Shown here in pieces: positions 50,065-61,370 of a stretch of 64,000 nt of DNA. This DNA comes from Gemmatimonadota bacterium. Its GTDB lineage: Bacteria; Gemmatimonadota; Gemmatimonadetes; Longimicrobiales; Gaopeijiaceae. Made by a program: the position numbers and the translations under genes. The stretch is taken from NCBI GenBank assembly GCA_034521595.1, contig JAXHMG010000003.1, positions 2,304,001 through 2,368,000 of the forward strand, given 5' to 3'. Numbering within the stretch: position 1 is the stretch's first letter; each line of letters starts with the position of its first letter. Below the pieces are notes generated by a model that was not told where the DNA came from, searched no databases, and saw only the letters and a list, made by a program, of their open reading frames with translations.

Positions 50065-50480
50065 GCGCCTCCCTCGACGCGGTAGCCACGCGCGCGGTTC
50101 GGGACGAGCGCGTGGTCGGTGCAGTAGGTCGTCGACTCGAGCTCCAAGGGTACGAAGAGGTGCTCGTTCAGGTAGCCGCCGTACGGCCGGCCGCTCACCC
50201 GCTCAATCACGAGGCCCAGGAGGAAGTAGCCCGAGTTGCTGTACGCGAAGCGCGTCCCCGGTGCGAAGTCGGAGGGCTCGTCGGCGAAGATCGCCATGAG
50301 CTGCTCCGGCGACAGCTCGAGCGTCATCGTCTCGCACCACTCCTGCAGCGTCGTGACGTTGCGGATGCCGGCCGTGTGGTTGAGCAGATTCCGGATCGTC
50401 ACCTCGTGGCCCCGGGTCGGGAATTCGGGGACGTACTGCGTGACGGGATCGTGGAGGGAGAGCTCCCCTCCTCCACCTTG
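50065..50480 (-). pseudogene. Internal fragment of a serine hydrolase (class C beta-lactamase/PBP family)
   Basis: '[13 protein letters not shown]', 'TIRNLLNHTAG', 'FAYSNSGYFLLGLVIERVSG'; no SxxK N-terminus or C-terminal half in frame. Confidence 0.75.
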
Positions 50481-50780
50481 TGGCGGACATCGATCGGGAC
50501 GGGGCCTTCGCATCCCTCGTCGGCACATGGAGCCTCCTTCCACGTGAGGACCGGAAGCGGCTGGGAGGCTTCGTCCTCAATCGCTTCCGTGGCGATCCCG
50601 CTCTGCTCGGCCGGTGCCGTCGGTGTCGTCCGCTTCCTTCAGATCGCGACCTTCGACGACGTGCTTCCCCTCGACAAGGCTCCGGGCAGCGATGGAGGGG
50701 TCGCATGGGACCAGATCGCCTCAGAATTGACGTAGGGGCGAAGGTGGCCGCCTTGGTTCAGGCCGTGGTCCCCACATGAA

Positions 50781-52211
50781 TCAGAGCGATTGCAGGAATG
50801 AGAGCAAGGCTTCACGCTCGCTCGTGGTCATGGACCGGACCGCTTCCCGGGCGGCCTCGGCCTCGCCTCCGTGCCAAAGAACGGCCTCCAAGATCCCGCG
50901 GGCCCGGCCGTCGTGCAGAAGCCGAAATGGGCCATTCACCGTGCGCGTCAGGCCCAGGCCCCAGAGGGGTGGGGTCCGCCACTCCTGGCCGTTCGCTTCG
51001 AAGTCCGAACGTCCGTCCGCGAGTGCCGGGCCCATGTCGTGGAGCAGGAGATCCGTGTACGGATAGATGGTCTGGTTCGAGACCTCGGGCACGCCCTCCA
51101 GGGATCCCGTCTCGAGCCTCGGCACGTGGCACGATGCGCAGCCGGCTTCGACGAAGAGCTCCTCGCCACGCCGAACCTGCGGGGAATCGAGATCTCTCGG
51201 CGCGGGAACAGCCAACGTCTGCACGTAGAAGGTCGCGGCCTCCAACTCCTCGTCGTCCAGCTCCGGGTCGTCGTCCCGGCCGTCGTCTCCCAGGGCGCCC
51301 AGGCTGGCCTCCGACGCGAAGACCGTCGTCGTAACCCCCATGTCTCCCACGTACGCCGCCGCAGTCTGCTGGAGCAGCGTGGGCTGGTTTGCCTTCCAAC
51401 CGAACCGTCCCACGGCGAGTCTCTGGCTGACTTCGTCCCAGACCCGGTTGACCCGGCCCGAGATCCCGTCTCCGTCTCGGTCGTCGGGATCGGCGAGGTC
51501 GAGGAGCGTACGCTCCGGGACTGCCTCCAGGAGCCCGAGTCCGAAGACCGGTCGCGGCATCCTCGGCGATAGATACAGATCTGCCGGCAAAGCCGTGAAG
51601 GGAGCGGCAAGCGTGAAGGTGGGTCGCGTGAGCGTCATCGTCGTGCCGTCCCCCAGCGTCAGGGTCGTATCCCGCTCCTCCACCACCACCCGGGCCTCGA
51701 CGTCGACGCCGATCACGGCCTTGTCCTGGATTTGCAGACCGAATCCTTCGACCGGCACAGGCCCGCCGTGGGGCCCGGTGCCCGGCCGGCTCACGCGAAT
51801 CAACAGACCCGCGAGATCCCGTCCGTCCCGTGTGTGGCAGCGGATGCACGACGCCTGGTTGAACACGGGCCCCAGGCCTGGATTGAGATCGGCCGGCGGA
51901 GTCACGAAGGTCTGCTCGAAGGCGAGGTCCCCGTCGAGGTGCAGATCCAGTCGCTCCCCGACGAGATTGGGCGCGGGCATGGAGAAGGCGAAGCTCGTCG
52001 CATCCACGACCGTGGTCGCCCCACCCGCCCGGCTGCGCTCCCCCTCGCCGCTTGCGCTCCCGTCATCGACCCCAGGGCCCGTGGCATCGGCGCAAGACGA
52101 CAGGAGCGTCATCACAACAGCGACCGCGAGGGTCAATGCAAGAGGCCGACTGGCCGCCTCGCTCACCCGTCCCATCGAACGTCCCCCTGAAGCGCTACGC
52201 TCCTTCGCCAC
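50781..52211 (-). CDS. Di-heme oxidoreductase family (DHOR-like) lipoprotein
   Basis: Lipobox 'LLSSC', two heme motifs CIRCH and CASCH, 'GRFGWKA', 'WRTPPLWG', 'LHDGRAR', 'WHGGEA'. Confidence 0.9.
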   Translation of the reverse strand: MAKERSASGGRSMGRVSEAASRPLALTLAVAVVMTLLSSCADATGPGVDDGSASGEGERSRAGGATTVVDATSFAFSMPAPNLVGERLDLHLDGDLAFEQTFVTPPADLNPGLGPVFNQASCIRCHTRDGRDLAGLLIRVSRPGTGPHGGPVPVEGFGLQIQDKAVIGVDVEARVVVEERDTTLTLGDGTTMTLTRPTFTLAAPFTALPADLYLSPRMPRPVFGLGLLEAVPERTLLDLADPDDRDGDGISGRVNRVWDEVSQRLAVGRFGWKANQPTLLQQTAAAYVGDMGVTTTVFASEASLGALGDDGRDDDPELDDEELEAATFYVQTLAVPAPRDLDSPQVRRGEELFVEAGCASCHVPRLETGSLEGVPEVSNQTIYPYTDLLLHDMGPALADGRSDFEANGQEWRTPPLWGLGLTRTVNGPFRLLHDGRARGILEAVLWHGGEAEAAREAVRSMTTSEREALLSFLQSL

Positions 52212-52230
52212 CCGCTACGTCTCCCTGGCT

Positions 52231-53331
52231 TCAGAGTTCCGACACGGCCGGCGCAATCTCTTCCTCCAGGATCTGGAGGATCTCCCGCACAGCCTCCTGA
52301 GCCGCTTCCGCTTCTGCGGTATGGTCGAAGATTGCATCTCTGAACGGCTCAGGCACAGCCTGGATAGCAGAAATCGCGGCATCGACCTGATCAACGAAGC
52401 GCTGACCGAGGTCGCCGTCAAGATCTCGAATTAGCTCATCGACACCCATGCCCTCGGATCCACCGTAGTCGCCCGTGTAAATGTTGCGGATGCTTTCGAT
52501 ATTGTTCCGGAAGTCGGTCAGCGAGTTACCGCTGAAGCGCGACTCTACGGGAAACACGCTCTGCTGTGCCAACGGATCGTTGATCTTGCCGTTCGCCACC
52601 TCGTCGGCGATCACGATCATCCCGTTCACCAGCTCCTGAACTCCTGCCTTCTCACTCTGCCAGATCGTGCTGCCGTCGCCCGCCGAGGAAAGCTCCGCCG
52701 CGAAGTTGTCACCACCGGGATCCCATGCCGTGTTCAACGCGGTGGCGTCGGCTTCGAGCGCCTGGGTGGCGGCGATGAGGTATTCGAACTCCCGATCGGT
52801 GAAGTCTCCGGGAGCCTTGGATCCGTCCACGCCCCACAGAAGGAACTCGATGGTGTGGAAGCCCTTGAGCGTTCCCTCGAGGCCGGCGACGAATCCCTGA
52901 GTCAACTCCTGGTCACCTTCCAACACCGCCGCTAGGTCGACTTCGTTGACGGGCCAGGAGTCCAAGGCCGGATCCAGCCCCTGTGTGTCCACTGGACCGA
53001 ACAGGAAGCTCTCGGACGACTCCCATGGAACCCGAGTGGCCCGCCAGGCCGATCGGGCGGCCTCGAGATTCGCTTCCGTGGTGGCGTCCCGAAGTGCGAC
53101 GACCGCGTCCAGTAGACCCTCGGACGCAAGGTCCAGATCTGCGTAGGTCGCCAGGATCACATTGTCGGCCTCGTTCTGGAGAATCGGCCGCAGATCAAAG
53201 GCCTCTTCTTCGGGGTCGGGTCCGACCCCGTCGTCCGAGGAACACGCTCCGATTCCGAGCACGCCGATCGCCAAGAGCAGGAGGAAGGGAAGGCGCGAGC
53301 ACGTGTGTCGCAGGGATTCAATCTTTGTCAT
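52231..53331 (-). CDS. Imelysin (M75)-family iron-regulated lipoprotein
   Basis: Lipobox 'GIGAC', 'LDSWP', 'KGFHTIEFLLW', 'EVANGKI', 'ESRFS.NS'. Confidence 0.9.
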   Translation of the reverse strand: MTKIESLRHTCSRLPFLLLLAIGVLGIGACSSDDGVGPDPEEEAFDLRPILQNEADNVILATYADLDLASEGLLDAVVALRDATTEANLEAARSAWRATRVPWESSESFLFGPVDTQGLDPALDSWPVNEVDLAAVLEGDQELTQGFVAGLEGTLKGFHTIEFLLWGVDGSKAPGDFTDREFEYLIAATQALEADATALNTAWDPGGDNFAAELSSAGDGSTIWQSEKAGVQELVNGMIVIADEVANGKINDPLAQQSVFPVESRFSGNSLTDFRNNIESIRNIYTGDYGGSEGMGVDELIRDLDGDLGQRFVDQVDAAISAIQAVPEPFRDAIFDHTAEAEAAQEAVREILQILEEEIAPAVSEL

Positions 53332-53407
53332 TTGAGTCTCTCTTAGTTCGCTTGCTCAGTGAGTTGTCTGCAGCGGATCTTGTAAAATCGAGTTCAGGGC
53401 GTCGTCG

Positions 53408-54691
53408 CTACCCTCCGTCCGACTCTCCTTCGAAGCCGAACTCGAACCCCAGGCCGATGGAGAACGTCTTCTCCACCTCGTCGGTGCCGAGTTCCCGGTG
53501 AGAGAATTCCGTTTTGAACGTCACCTGCCGAATCAGATGGTAGTTGAGCCCCACGGTGTAGGCGGTACGCTGCCAACGGGGATTGTCGAAGACGTCGCCC
53601 TCCACCTCGGCCATCGAGTCGTAGCGCTCGATGCGTCCGAAGAGGTCCAGGCGCTGATCGGTGGCGTCGGCCAGCGACAGCAGATCGAAGCCTGCTTCCG
53701 CGTAATATCCGGAGGCCGCGCTCCCCACCGGCGTCCGCTTCACGTTGAGGTTGTTGGAGAGATTCCGATTGGCCTGCGACACGTCGTCGGAGTTCTCCAG
53801 CGTTCCGTAAAGCCCGAGGGCCCGGACGGTCCATGGACCACGTTCCAAGGTGGCGTGCACCGAGCCCACGGTGACCGGCGCGTCCACGGCGAGATCCGGC
53901 TTGGGCCGGTTGTCCGTCGTGTTGCCGCGGTAGCCGTCAAGCCCGAGCTCCACCCCGGGGGCGAGCCGGTATTCGAGCCGACCCGCCACGGCCAGGTTCT
54001 CCGCATTCACCGTCTCGAAGCGTGTCTGGTGTCCCCGCACGATCCAGCTGGCCGACGAGAATCCGGTTGCGTCGAGGCCGTTCACCACCGAGAGCGTGTA
54101 TGCCCACCGTTCCGTAGCGCCGAGACTCCCGAACAGCTGGATACCGTTCTCGTACCAATTGGTCGGCACGAGATTGACCTCGGTCTCGGAGCGCGTGGTC
54201 CGGAAGTATTCCCGGGGCTCGTCATGGACCGAGGCGATTCCGAACGGAACCTTCAACCGCCCAACCCTGAGATTGAGCCAGGGCTTCAGGTCGATCCGTA
54301 CGTTGAGCTGCTCGAGCAGGACCTCGCCGCCGGCCTCGACCTCGGTCTCGAATTCGCCAAACTCCTCGAACTTGTCGAACTCCTTCGTGACACCCGTGCC
54401 ACCGTGCTCGAACTCGATCTCGGCGTCCAGCCGGATTCCGTTGCCGAAATCGTAACCGGGATAAAGGACGAGGCGCTCCACATCCATGGCGCTCCGCCGT
54501 TCGGGATCGGTGTCCCAGTCGAAGGCGAAGTAGTTCACCACTCCGTAGCCGCTGAGGGACCAACTCCCCGAGTCGTCCTCTACCGATTCCTGCTGAGCAA
54601 CAATCCCGTCGACCGAAACCGCCAGCCCGAGGACGGCCGCCGCGACCGCCAGTCCGCATACACGTTCCATGGACGACGGGCGGTTGATCAT
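53408..54691 (-). CDS. Putative porin-like outer-membrane protein associated with the imelysin iron-uptake locus
   Basis: Signal peptide, 'EIEFEHGGTG', 'E.EAGGEV.LEQ', beta-strand pattern, aromatic C-terminal strand. Confidence 0.75.
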   Translation of the reverse strand: MINRPSSMERVCGLAVAAAVLGLAVSVDGIVAQQESVEDDSGSWSLSGYGVVNYFAFDWDTDPERRSAMDVERLVLYPGYDFGNGIRLDAEIEFEHGGTGVTKEFDKFEEFGEFETEVEAGGEVLLEQLNVRIDLKPWLNLRVGRLKVPFGIASVHDEPREYFRTTRSETEVNLVPTNWYENGIQLFGSLGATERWAYTLSVVNGLDATGFSSASWIVRGHQTRFETVNAENLAVAGRLEYRLAPGVELGLDGYRGNTTDNRPKPDLAVDAPVTVGSVHATLERGPWTVRALGLYGTLENSDDVSQANRNLSNNLNVKRTPVGSAASGYYAEAGFDLLSLADATDQRLDLFGRIERYDSMAEVEGDVFDNPRWQRTAYTVGLNYHLIRQVTFKTEFSHRELGTDEVEKTFSIGLGFEFGFEGESDGG

Positions 54692-54742
54692 CTTGAAGCC
54701 TCAGGCATGACTGGAGAAGCCCCGTATTATGGTGTAAATATT

Positions 54743-54764
54743 AATGAGATCCATTCTCAACTAT
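54743..54764 (-). promoter_or_regulatory. Fur-like box upstream of the porin-imelysin-DHOR operon
   Basis: AT-rich dyad, minus strand ATAGTTGAGAATGGATCTCATT; shares 13 identical bp with the site at 63942-63962. Confidence 0.65.
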
Positions 54765-55206
54765 GGCGCCACACTAAGGGCGCCGATCACGACTGTCAAG
54801 GCTACAGGCTCACGGGGTCCTCCACGGGTCGTTCACGTTCTATACGTGAGATATCGAGTGTGCGTATGGCCTCGGATACCGGCTCCTACGACTTCGCCCG
54901 CTCCAAGAGCTCGCCCCTAATGGGAGGACTCGTGCGGGTCTGATGGCCGGGGATGCTCGGGGGCTCGGAGGTGGCGAAGGCTCAGCCGCAGGACCCCATG
55001 GTCGGTCGGAACCGGAGCGAGGCGGAGCTGCCTGAAGGCACACGAGATGATTCGCATCTCACCGTATCGCCGCGTTCGCGTCACGAGCCGGGGTCGGAGA
55101 AGGGATCCTGGAGGAATCCTGCTCCCCTTCTCTGGTCCGGCGCCGCGGCGGGCAAACCGTGCCCGGGGAACTTTGCCGGCTCTCCAAACATTACGAGGCT
55201 GGAGGC

Positions 55207-55578
55207 GTGAACGTTCGGCCGGGAGGCATCATCCACCACCACCGGAGAAGGACCGAGGCGAGCCGCCGGACCCTGGGTACCGTCCTGGCCGGCGCGTACG
55301 TGTTCCTCCTGGTGGGCTTGCCCCTACTCCATCACGCGCCGACCCACGGCGCGCTCTCGGCCGACCACTACCACGTCCCGGACGGGACGGCGAGCCACGA
55401 CCATGCGGGGTGCGTCCTTTTCTGGAACTCACCACCGTCGACGGCAACCGAGATTTCGTCGAAGCTTCCGGCTCCGCCCCCCGAGAGCCGACCGATCCTG
55501 CTGGTCGACGCTCCGCCGACCGCCGGTCGCTCGATCCAGCGGGCTCATCCTCCCCGAGCGCCGCCGCGCATCTCCTGA
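55207..55578 (+). CDS. DUF2946-like leader protein (TM/signal, His-rich, Pro-rich, C-terminal RAPP motif)
   Basis: ..TLGTVLAGAYVFLLVGLPLLHHAPTH..DHYH..SHDHAGC..PPP..RAHPPRAPPRIS*, 96 bp upstream of a TonB receptor; start uncertain. Confidence 0.7.
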   Translation: MNVRPGGIIHHHRRRTEASRRTLGTVLAGAYVFLLVGLPLLHHAPTHGALSADHYHVPDGTASHDHAGCVLFWNSPPSTATEISSKLPAPPPESRPILLVDAPPTAGRSIQRAHPPRAPPRIS

Positions 55579-55674
55579 CCCGGACCCGACCGACCGTCAC
55601 CTGACGGGGCGCCGCCGCGCTGGGCTTCGAGCCCGGCCGCAGCGCATCCCACCGTCCGTATACAGGAGAGATGC

Positions 55675-58122
55675 ATGAAGCCCTTCGCCATTCGCAACGG
55701 GGGGTGGGCGTGCGCCGCCCATCTCCCGACGACCCTCGCGCTCGTCCTCGTCGTCGCGGCATCCGTCTTCGTAGCCCCCGCCACTGCCCAGGACCGCGAA
55801 CAGCCCGGCGGGACCCTCATCGGAACCGTCACCTCGGAAGGGGGCCAGCCCCTGGGACAGGCGGACGTCCACGTTCCGGCCCTCGGCCGACAGGCCTTGA
55901 CCGACGCCCGGGGCAGCTTCCGGATGACGAACGTGCAGCCGCGCACCGTGCGCGTGCGCTTCGACCGCATCGGCTACGAATCGGCGGTCCGGGAGGTGAC
56001 GGTCTCGGCCGGCGAGGTCACCCGGGTCGAGGTGACGATGCAGACCCGGCCGATCGAGCGCGAGGAGATCGTGGTGACGGGCACGCCCAGTGCGGCGAAC
56101 CCCATGGAGACGACCCAGGACGTGGACGCGGTGGCGGCCCCGGAGCTGGCCCGCTCGCGGAGCGCCTCCCTGGGCAAGGTTCTGGAGGAGCAGGTGCCCG
56201 GGGTGGCCAACATCAGCACCGGCTCGCAGGCGGGCAAGCCCGTTCTCCGGGGCCTGAGCGGCACCCGGGTGCGCACCCTCCAGAACGGCATCGCCCAGGA
56301 CTTCTTCCAGTACGGAGTTCGCCACGCCACGCCCACCTCCCTGGCCCAGGTCGAGCGCGTCGAAGTGGTGCGGGGAGCCTCGAGCATCCTCTACGGCTCC
56401 GACGCCCTTGGTGGGGCGGTGAATATGATCACCAAGGACCTGCCTAGCGCTCCCGAGGGCCAGACCCGGATCGGAGGTGATGTCGAGGGGCAGTTCTTCT
56501 CCAACAACGAAGAGCGGGCCGGGCTCGTGGATCTCCACGCCGCCGGCGACCGCTTCGGCGCGCGGGCCGGGGTCGAGGTCCGGAAGGGTGACGACCTGAA
56601 GACGCCCGAGGCGCCCACCTTCTTCCGCGACGATCCGCGGACCGGAGTGGGCGGCGACCCGAAGTACGCCGGCGAGGTGCCCTTCACCAACTTCGAGCAA
56701 TGGTCCGTGTACGGACAAGCCGGGCTCCGGGGCGACTTCGGCAAGGCCGAGCTCTTCATGAACCACTGGTCGAACCGGCAGAACTTCCTCCTCCCCATGG
56801 GGGGGCCGGTGGGCAGCGAGGATAACCCGCCGGTGGGGCTCGGGCAGGAGTTGGGCCAGACCAACGTCGCACTCTCGGGCAACCTGGCCAGCGGGGGGGT
56901 CGTGCTGAAACCCACGCTGAGCTTCCAGCGCGCCACCCGGCAGGCGGCCACGCCGGGCGCCACCTTCGAGGCGGATCCGGACTTCCCCGTCGACCTGGCC
57001 AAGAACTCCTACACGGCGCGCTTCGAGCTCCTGCACCCGACCGTGGCCTCGCTGGACGGCACCCTGGGTGCGGAGGTCAACTACCAGGACACCGAACAGC
57101 GGGGCCCGGTGGAGTTGGAGCCGTCCTCGGAGATCCTGAACGCGGCGGTCTTCGCCTTCGAGGAGCTGGGGCTTGGCGACCTGACCCTGTCGGCGGGAGT
57201 CCGCCTCGACGTGCGCGACCAGGAGGCGGTGCCCAACGATCGCACGACCGACCCGGAGTTGCTCGAATCTACCTTCACCGAGGTCTCCGGAGGCCTGGGC
57301 TTCAACTACGAGCTGGTGGACGGTCTGGCGCTAGCCGGCAACGCGAACAGCGGCTTCCGGGCGCCGGCCATCTTCGAGCTCTATGCCAACGGGGTGCACG
57401 GGGGCGTGGCGGCCTTCCAGCGCGGGAGCCCGGAGCTCGACTCCGAGCGCTCCTTCAGCGGCGACCTGGCGCTCCGGGCCCGCACCGGACGGGTGTCGGG
57501 CAAGGTCACAGGCTACGTGAACCAGATCCAGGACTTCGTCTTTTTGGAGAACACGGGCGAGCGGAGGGAATCCGACGGTCTGCCCATCTTCTCCTCGGGG
57601 CAGACCGACGCCACCATCCGCGGGGTCGAGGGCAACGTGGAGGTGTCCACCTTCGGCGGGATCGACGTGGGCGGGAGCTTCTCGTTCCTGGACCACGAGG
57701 GCGACGGCCTTTCCGATCCCGAGGGCGGCGACGAGGACGGCCCACTTCCCCTCATCCCGGCCGACCGGCTCTCGGGCTTCGTGCGAGCCACCGCTTCGGC
57801 ACTGGGTCCTCTGAGCTCGCCCCGGCTCCGCTTCGACGTCCGGCACGGCTTCTCCAAGGACGCCGCCGGCCGCATCGAGCCCTTCTCTCAGTTCGACGAC
57901 CTCCCCTTCGGCACCGCCTCCACCGACGCCTACACTCTCTTCGACGTCGAAGGGTCGGCCACTCTGGAAATGGGCGAGGTTCCCGTCTCGCTGAGCCTGG
58001 CGGTGGAGAACCTGTCCGACGAGGTGTACCGGCAGTTCCTGGACACCTACAAGGGTTACGCGCTGTCGCCGGGCCGCAACGTGAAGCTCACCGTCAGCGC
58101 CCCTTTTCACGTGCTGCGATAG
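55675..58122 (+). CDS. TonB-dependent receptor (probable metal/metal-chelate uptake)
   Basis: AGGAG RBS, signal peptide, 'KPVLRGL', 'VERVEVVRGASSILYGSDALGGAVN', 'FRAPAIFELYANGVHGG', 'PGRN'. Confidence 0.93.
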   Translation: MKPFAIRNGGWACAAHLPTTLALVLVVAASVFVAPATAQDREQPGGTLIGTVTSEGGQPLGQADVHVPALGRQALTDARGSFRMTNVQPRTVRVRFDRIGYESAVREVTVSAGEVTRVEVTMQTRPIEREEIVVTGTPSAANPMETTQDVDAVAAPELARSRSASLGKVLEEQVPGVANISTGSQAGKPVLRGLSGTRVRTLQNGIAQDFFQYGVRHATPTSLAQVERVEVVRGASSILYGSDALGGAVNMITKDLPSAPEGQTRIGGDVEGQFFSNNEERAGLVDLHAAGDRFGARAGVEVRKGDDLKTPEAPTFFRDDPRTGVGGDPKYAGEVPFTNFEQWSVYGQAGLRGDFGKAELFMNHWSNRQNFLLPMGGPVGSEDNPPVGLGQELGQTNVALSGNLASGGVVLKPTLSFQRATRQAATPGATFEADPDFPVDLAKNSYTARFELLHPTVASLDGTLGAEVNYQDTEQRGPVELEPSSEILNAAVFAFEELGLGDLTLSAGVRLDVRDQEAVPNDRTTDPELLESTFTEVSGGLGFNYELVDGLALAGNANSGFRAPAIFELYANGVHGGVAAFQRGSPELDSERSFSGDLALRARTGRVSGKVTGYVNQIQDFVFLENTGERRESDGLPIFSSGQTDATIRGVEGNVEVSTFGGIDVGGSFSFLDHEGDGLSDPEGGDEDGPLPLIPADRLSGFVRATASALGPLSSPRLRFDVRHGFSKDAAGRIEPFSQFDDLPFGTASTDAYTLFDVEGSATLEMGEVPVSLSLAVENLSDEVYRQFLDTYKGYALSPGRNVKLTVSAPFHVLR

Positions 58123-58166
58123 TCCGCCGGCCGCGAGCCCGCCGACCCACAACCGGAGCCCACAGC

Positions 58167-58580
58167 ATGACTAGACACCGTCAGCGAATGGCCATCGCGA
58201 GCCTGGCGGTCGCCACCGCACTGCTCGCGACCGCGTGCGATCGCGGCCCCGGACCGCAGAGCATGGAGGTCACCGCGACCGCGTACACCATGCGGGAGGC
58301 GGAAACCAAGCAGGGCAACATCGGACTCGCCGCCTGGGGCGACCAGTTGGAACCGGGCATGAAGTCGATCGCCGTTTCGCGCGATCTCATCGACGAAGGC
58401 CTCGATCACATGACGGAGGTGCGAATCGAAGGACTCGAGGGCACGTACATCGTGCGTGACAAGATGAACGAGCGCTGGGAGAAGAAGATCGACATCTTCA
58501 TGGGCACCGACGTGGAGGCCGCGCGCGAGTGGGGCGAACGCCAGGTCACCATCCATTGGATCAACCCACCCGACCAGTAA
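58167..58580 (+). CDS. 3D-domain lipoprotein (MltA-like double-psi barrel)
   Basis: Lipobox 'LATAC', 'VTATAY', 'IAVSRDL', 'VRDKM', 'KIDIFM'. Confidence 0.85.
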   Translation: MTRHRQRMAIASLAVATALLATACDRGPGPQSMEVTATAYTMREAETKQGNIGLAAWGDQLEPGMKSIAVSRDLIDEGLDHMTEVRIEGLEGTYIVRDKMNERWEKKIDIFMGTDVEAAREWGERQVTIHWINPPDQ

Positions 58581-58652
58581 ACACGATCGCTCCGGCGAGG
58601 AATCCGCGCCGGAGCGGCGCCGTGCTCGCCCGCTACGCCCCCGACCGGCCGA

Positions 58653-60663
<2,011 letters not shown>

Positions 60664-60769
60664 CTTGCAAGGTAGGACGCCGGCGACGCGTGAGAAACCC
60701 CCCGACCGGTCCACCATTGAGATCGGGTGGCCGTCCCCGCGACGACCGTGCGCTACTGGGATGGGCGCG

Positions 60770-61273
60770 TCAGGGTGCGGGTACGACGGCCCGTACCTCG
60801 CCGCCGTCGGATCCGTCTGTTCCCGTCCTCGATGTGCCCTGAAGAGCTTCCGAGAGAACGTAGATGCCGAAGAGGCTCGCCACGGTGGCCGTCGCGGTGC
60901 GCCACCAGGAGACGGTGCGGGCTTCCGCAGTGGCCACCGACGTCGCCGGGATGGTGAGCGCCCACGAGCCGGCCTGGAAGGAATTCCCCGACGTGGCGTG
61001 CAGCGAGCGCGCGCTCAGTATCCAGGAGTCGGAGGTGCGCTCCACCAACGAGCCTTCGACGCGGCCCACGTCGTGCGCCGTGTACCCGGAGACGTCGAAG
61101 CTCCGGGGAGGGTCGAGATGCACGCGGACCGGTGTGCCCTCCGCGACGGCCGGATCGGCCTCGGACAGGGGCACGTAGTGATAGCAGCCGCCGAATACGA
61201 GCAGCACGACAGTGAGCCCTACGTACATGTGAGCTCGACGCCGCACCGGGACGACCTCCTCGGAGAATTTCAC
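60770..61273 (-). CDS. Hypothetical lipoprotein
   Basis: Lipobox-like 'LLVFGGC', C-terminal hydrophobic helix after 'SWWRT'. Confidence 0.6.
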   Translation of the reverse strand: MKFSEEVVPVRRRAHMYVGLTVVLLVFGGCYHYVPLSEADPAVAEGTPVRVHLDPPRSFDVSGYTAHDVGRVEGSLVERTSDSWILSARSLHATSGNSFQAGSWALTIPATSVATAEARTVSWWRTATATVASLFGIYVLSEALQGTSRTGTDGSDGGEVRAVVPAP

Positions 61274-61370
61274 TCCGCTCTCCAGGTTACCAGGGACGGA
61301 AACCGGTCTTAAGACGTGCGCGCTGGTACCCTCGAAGCCCGGCCGGAGTTCGCGTGGGCGGGGCCTGCTG

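Noticed and set aside
49092-50543. 483-aa ORF as an intact beta-lactamase-like gene
   Set aside because: Only about 135 aa are homologous; the rest overlaps the ATP-grasp gene out of frame. Treated as a pseudogene fragment.
54810-55200. Short ORFs or a possible gene remnant between the porin promoter and the RAPP leader
   Set aside because: Interrupted by stops with no recognisable motif; cannot be supported without a search.
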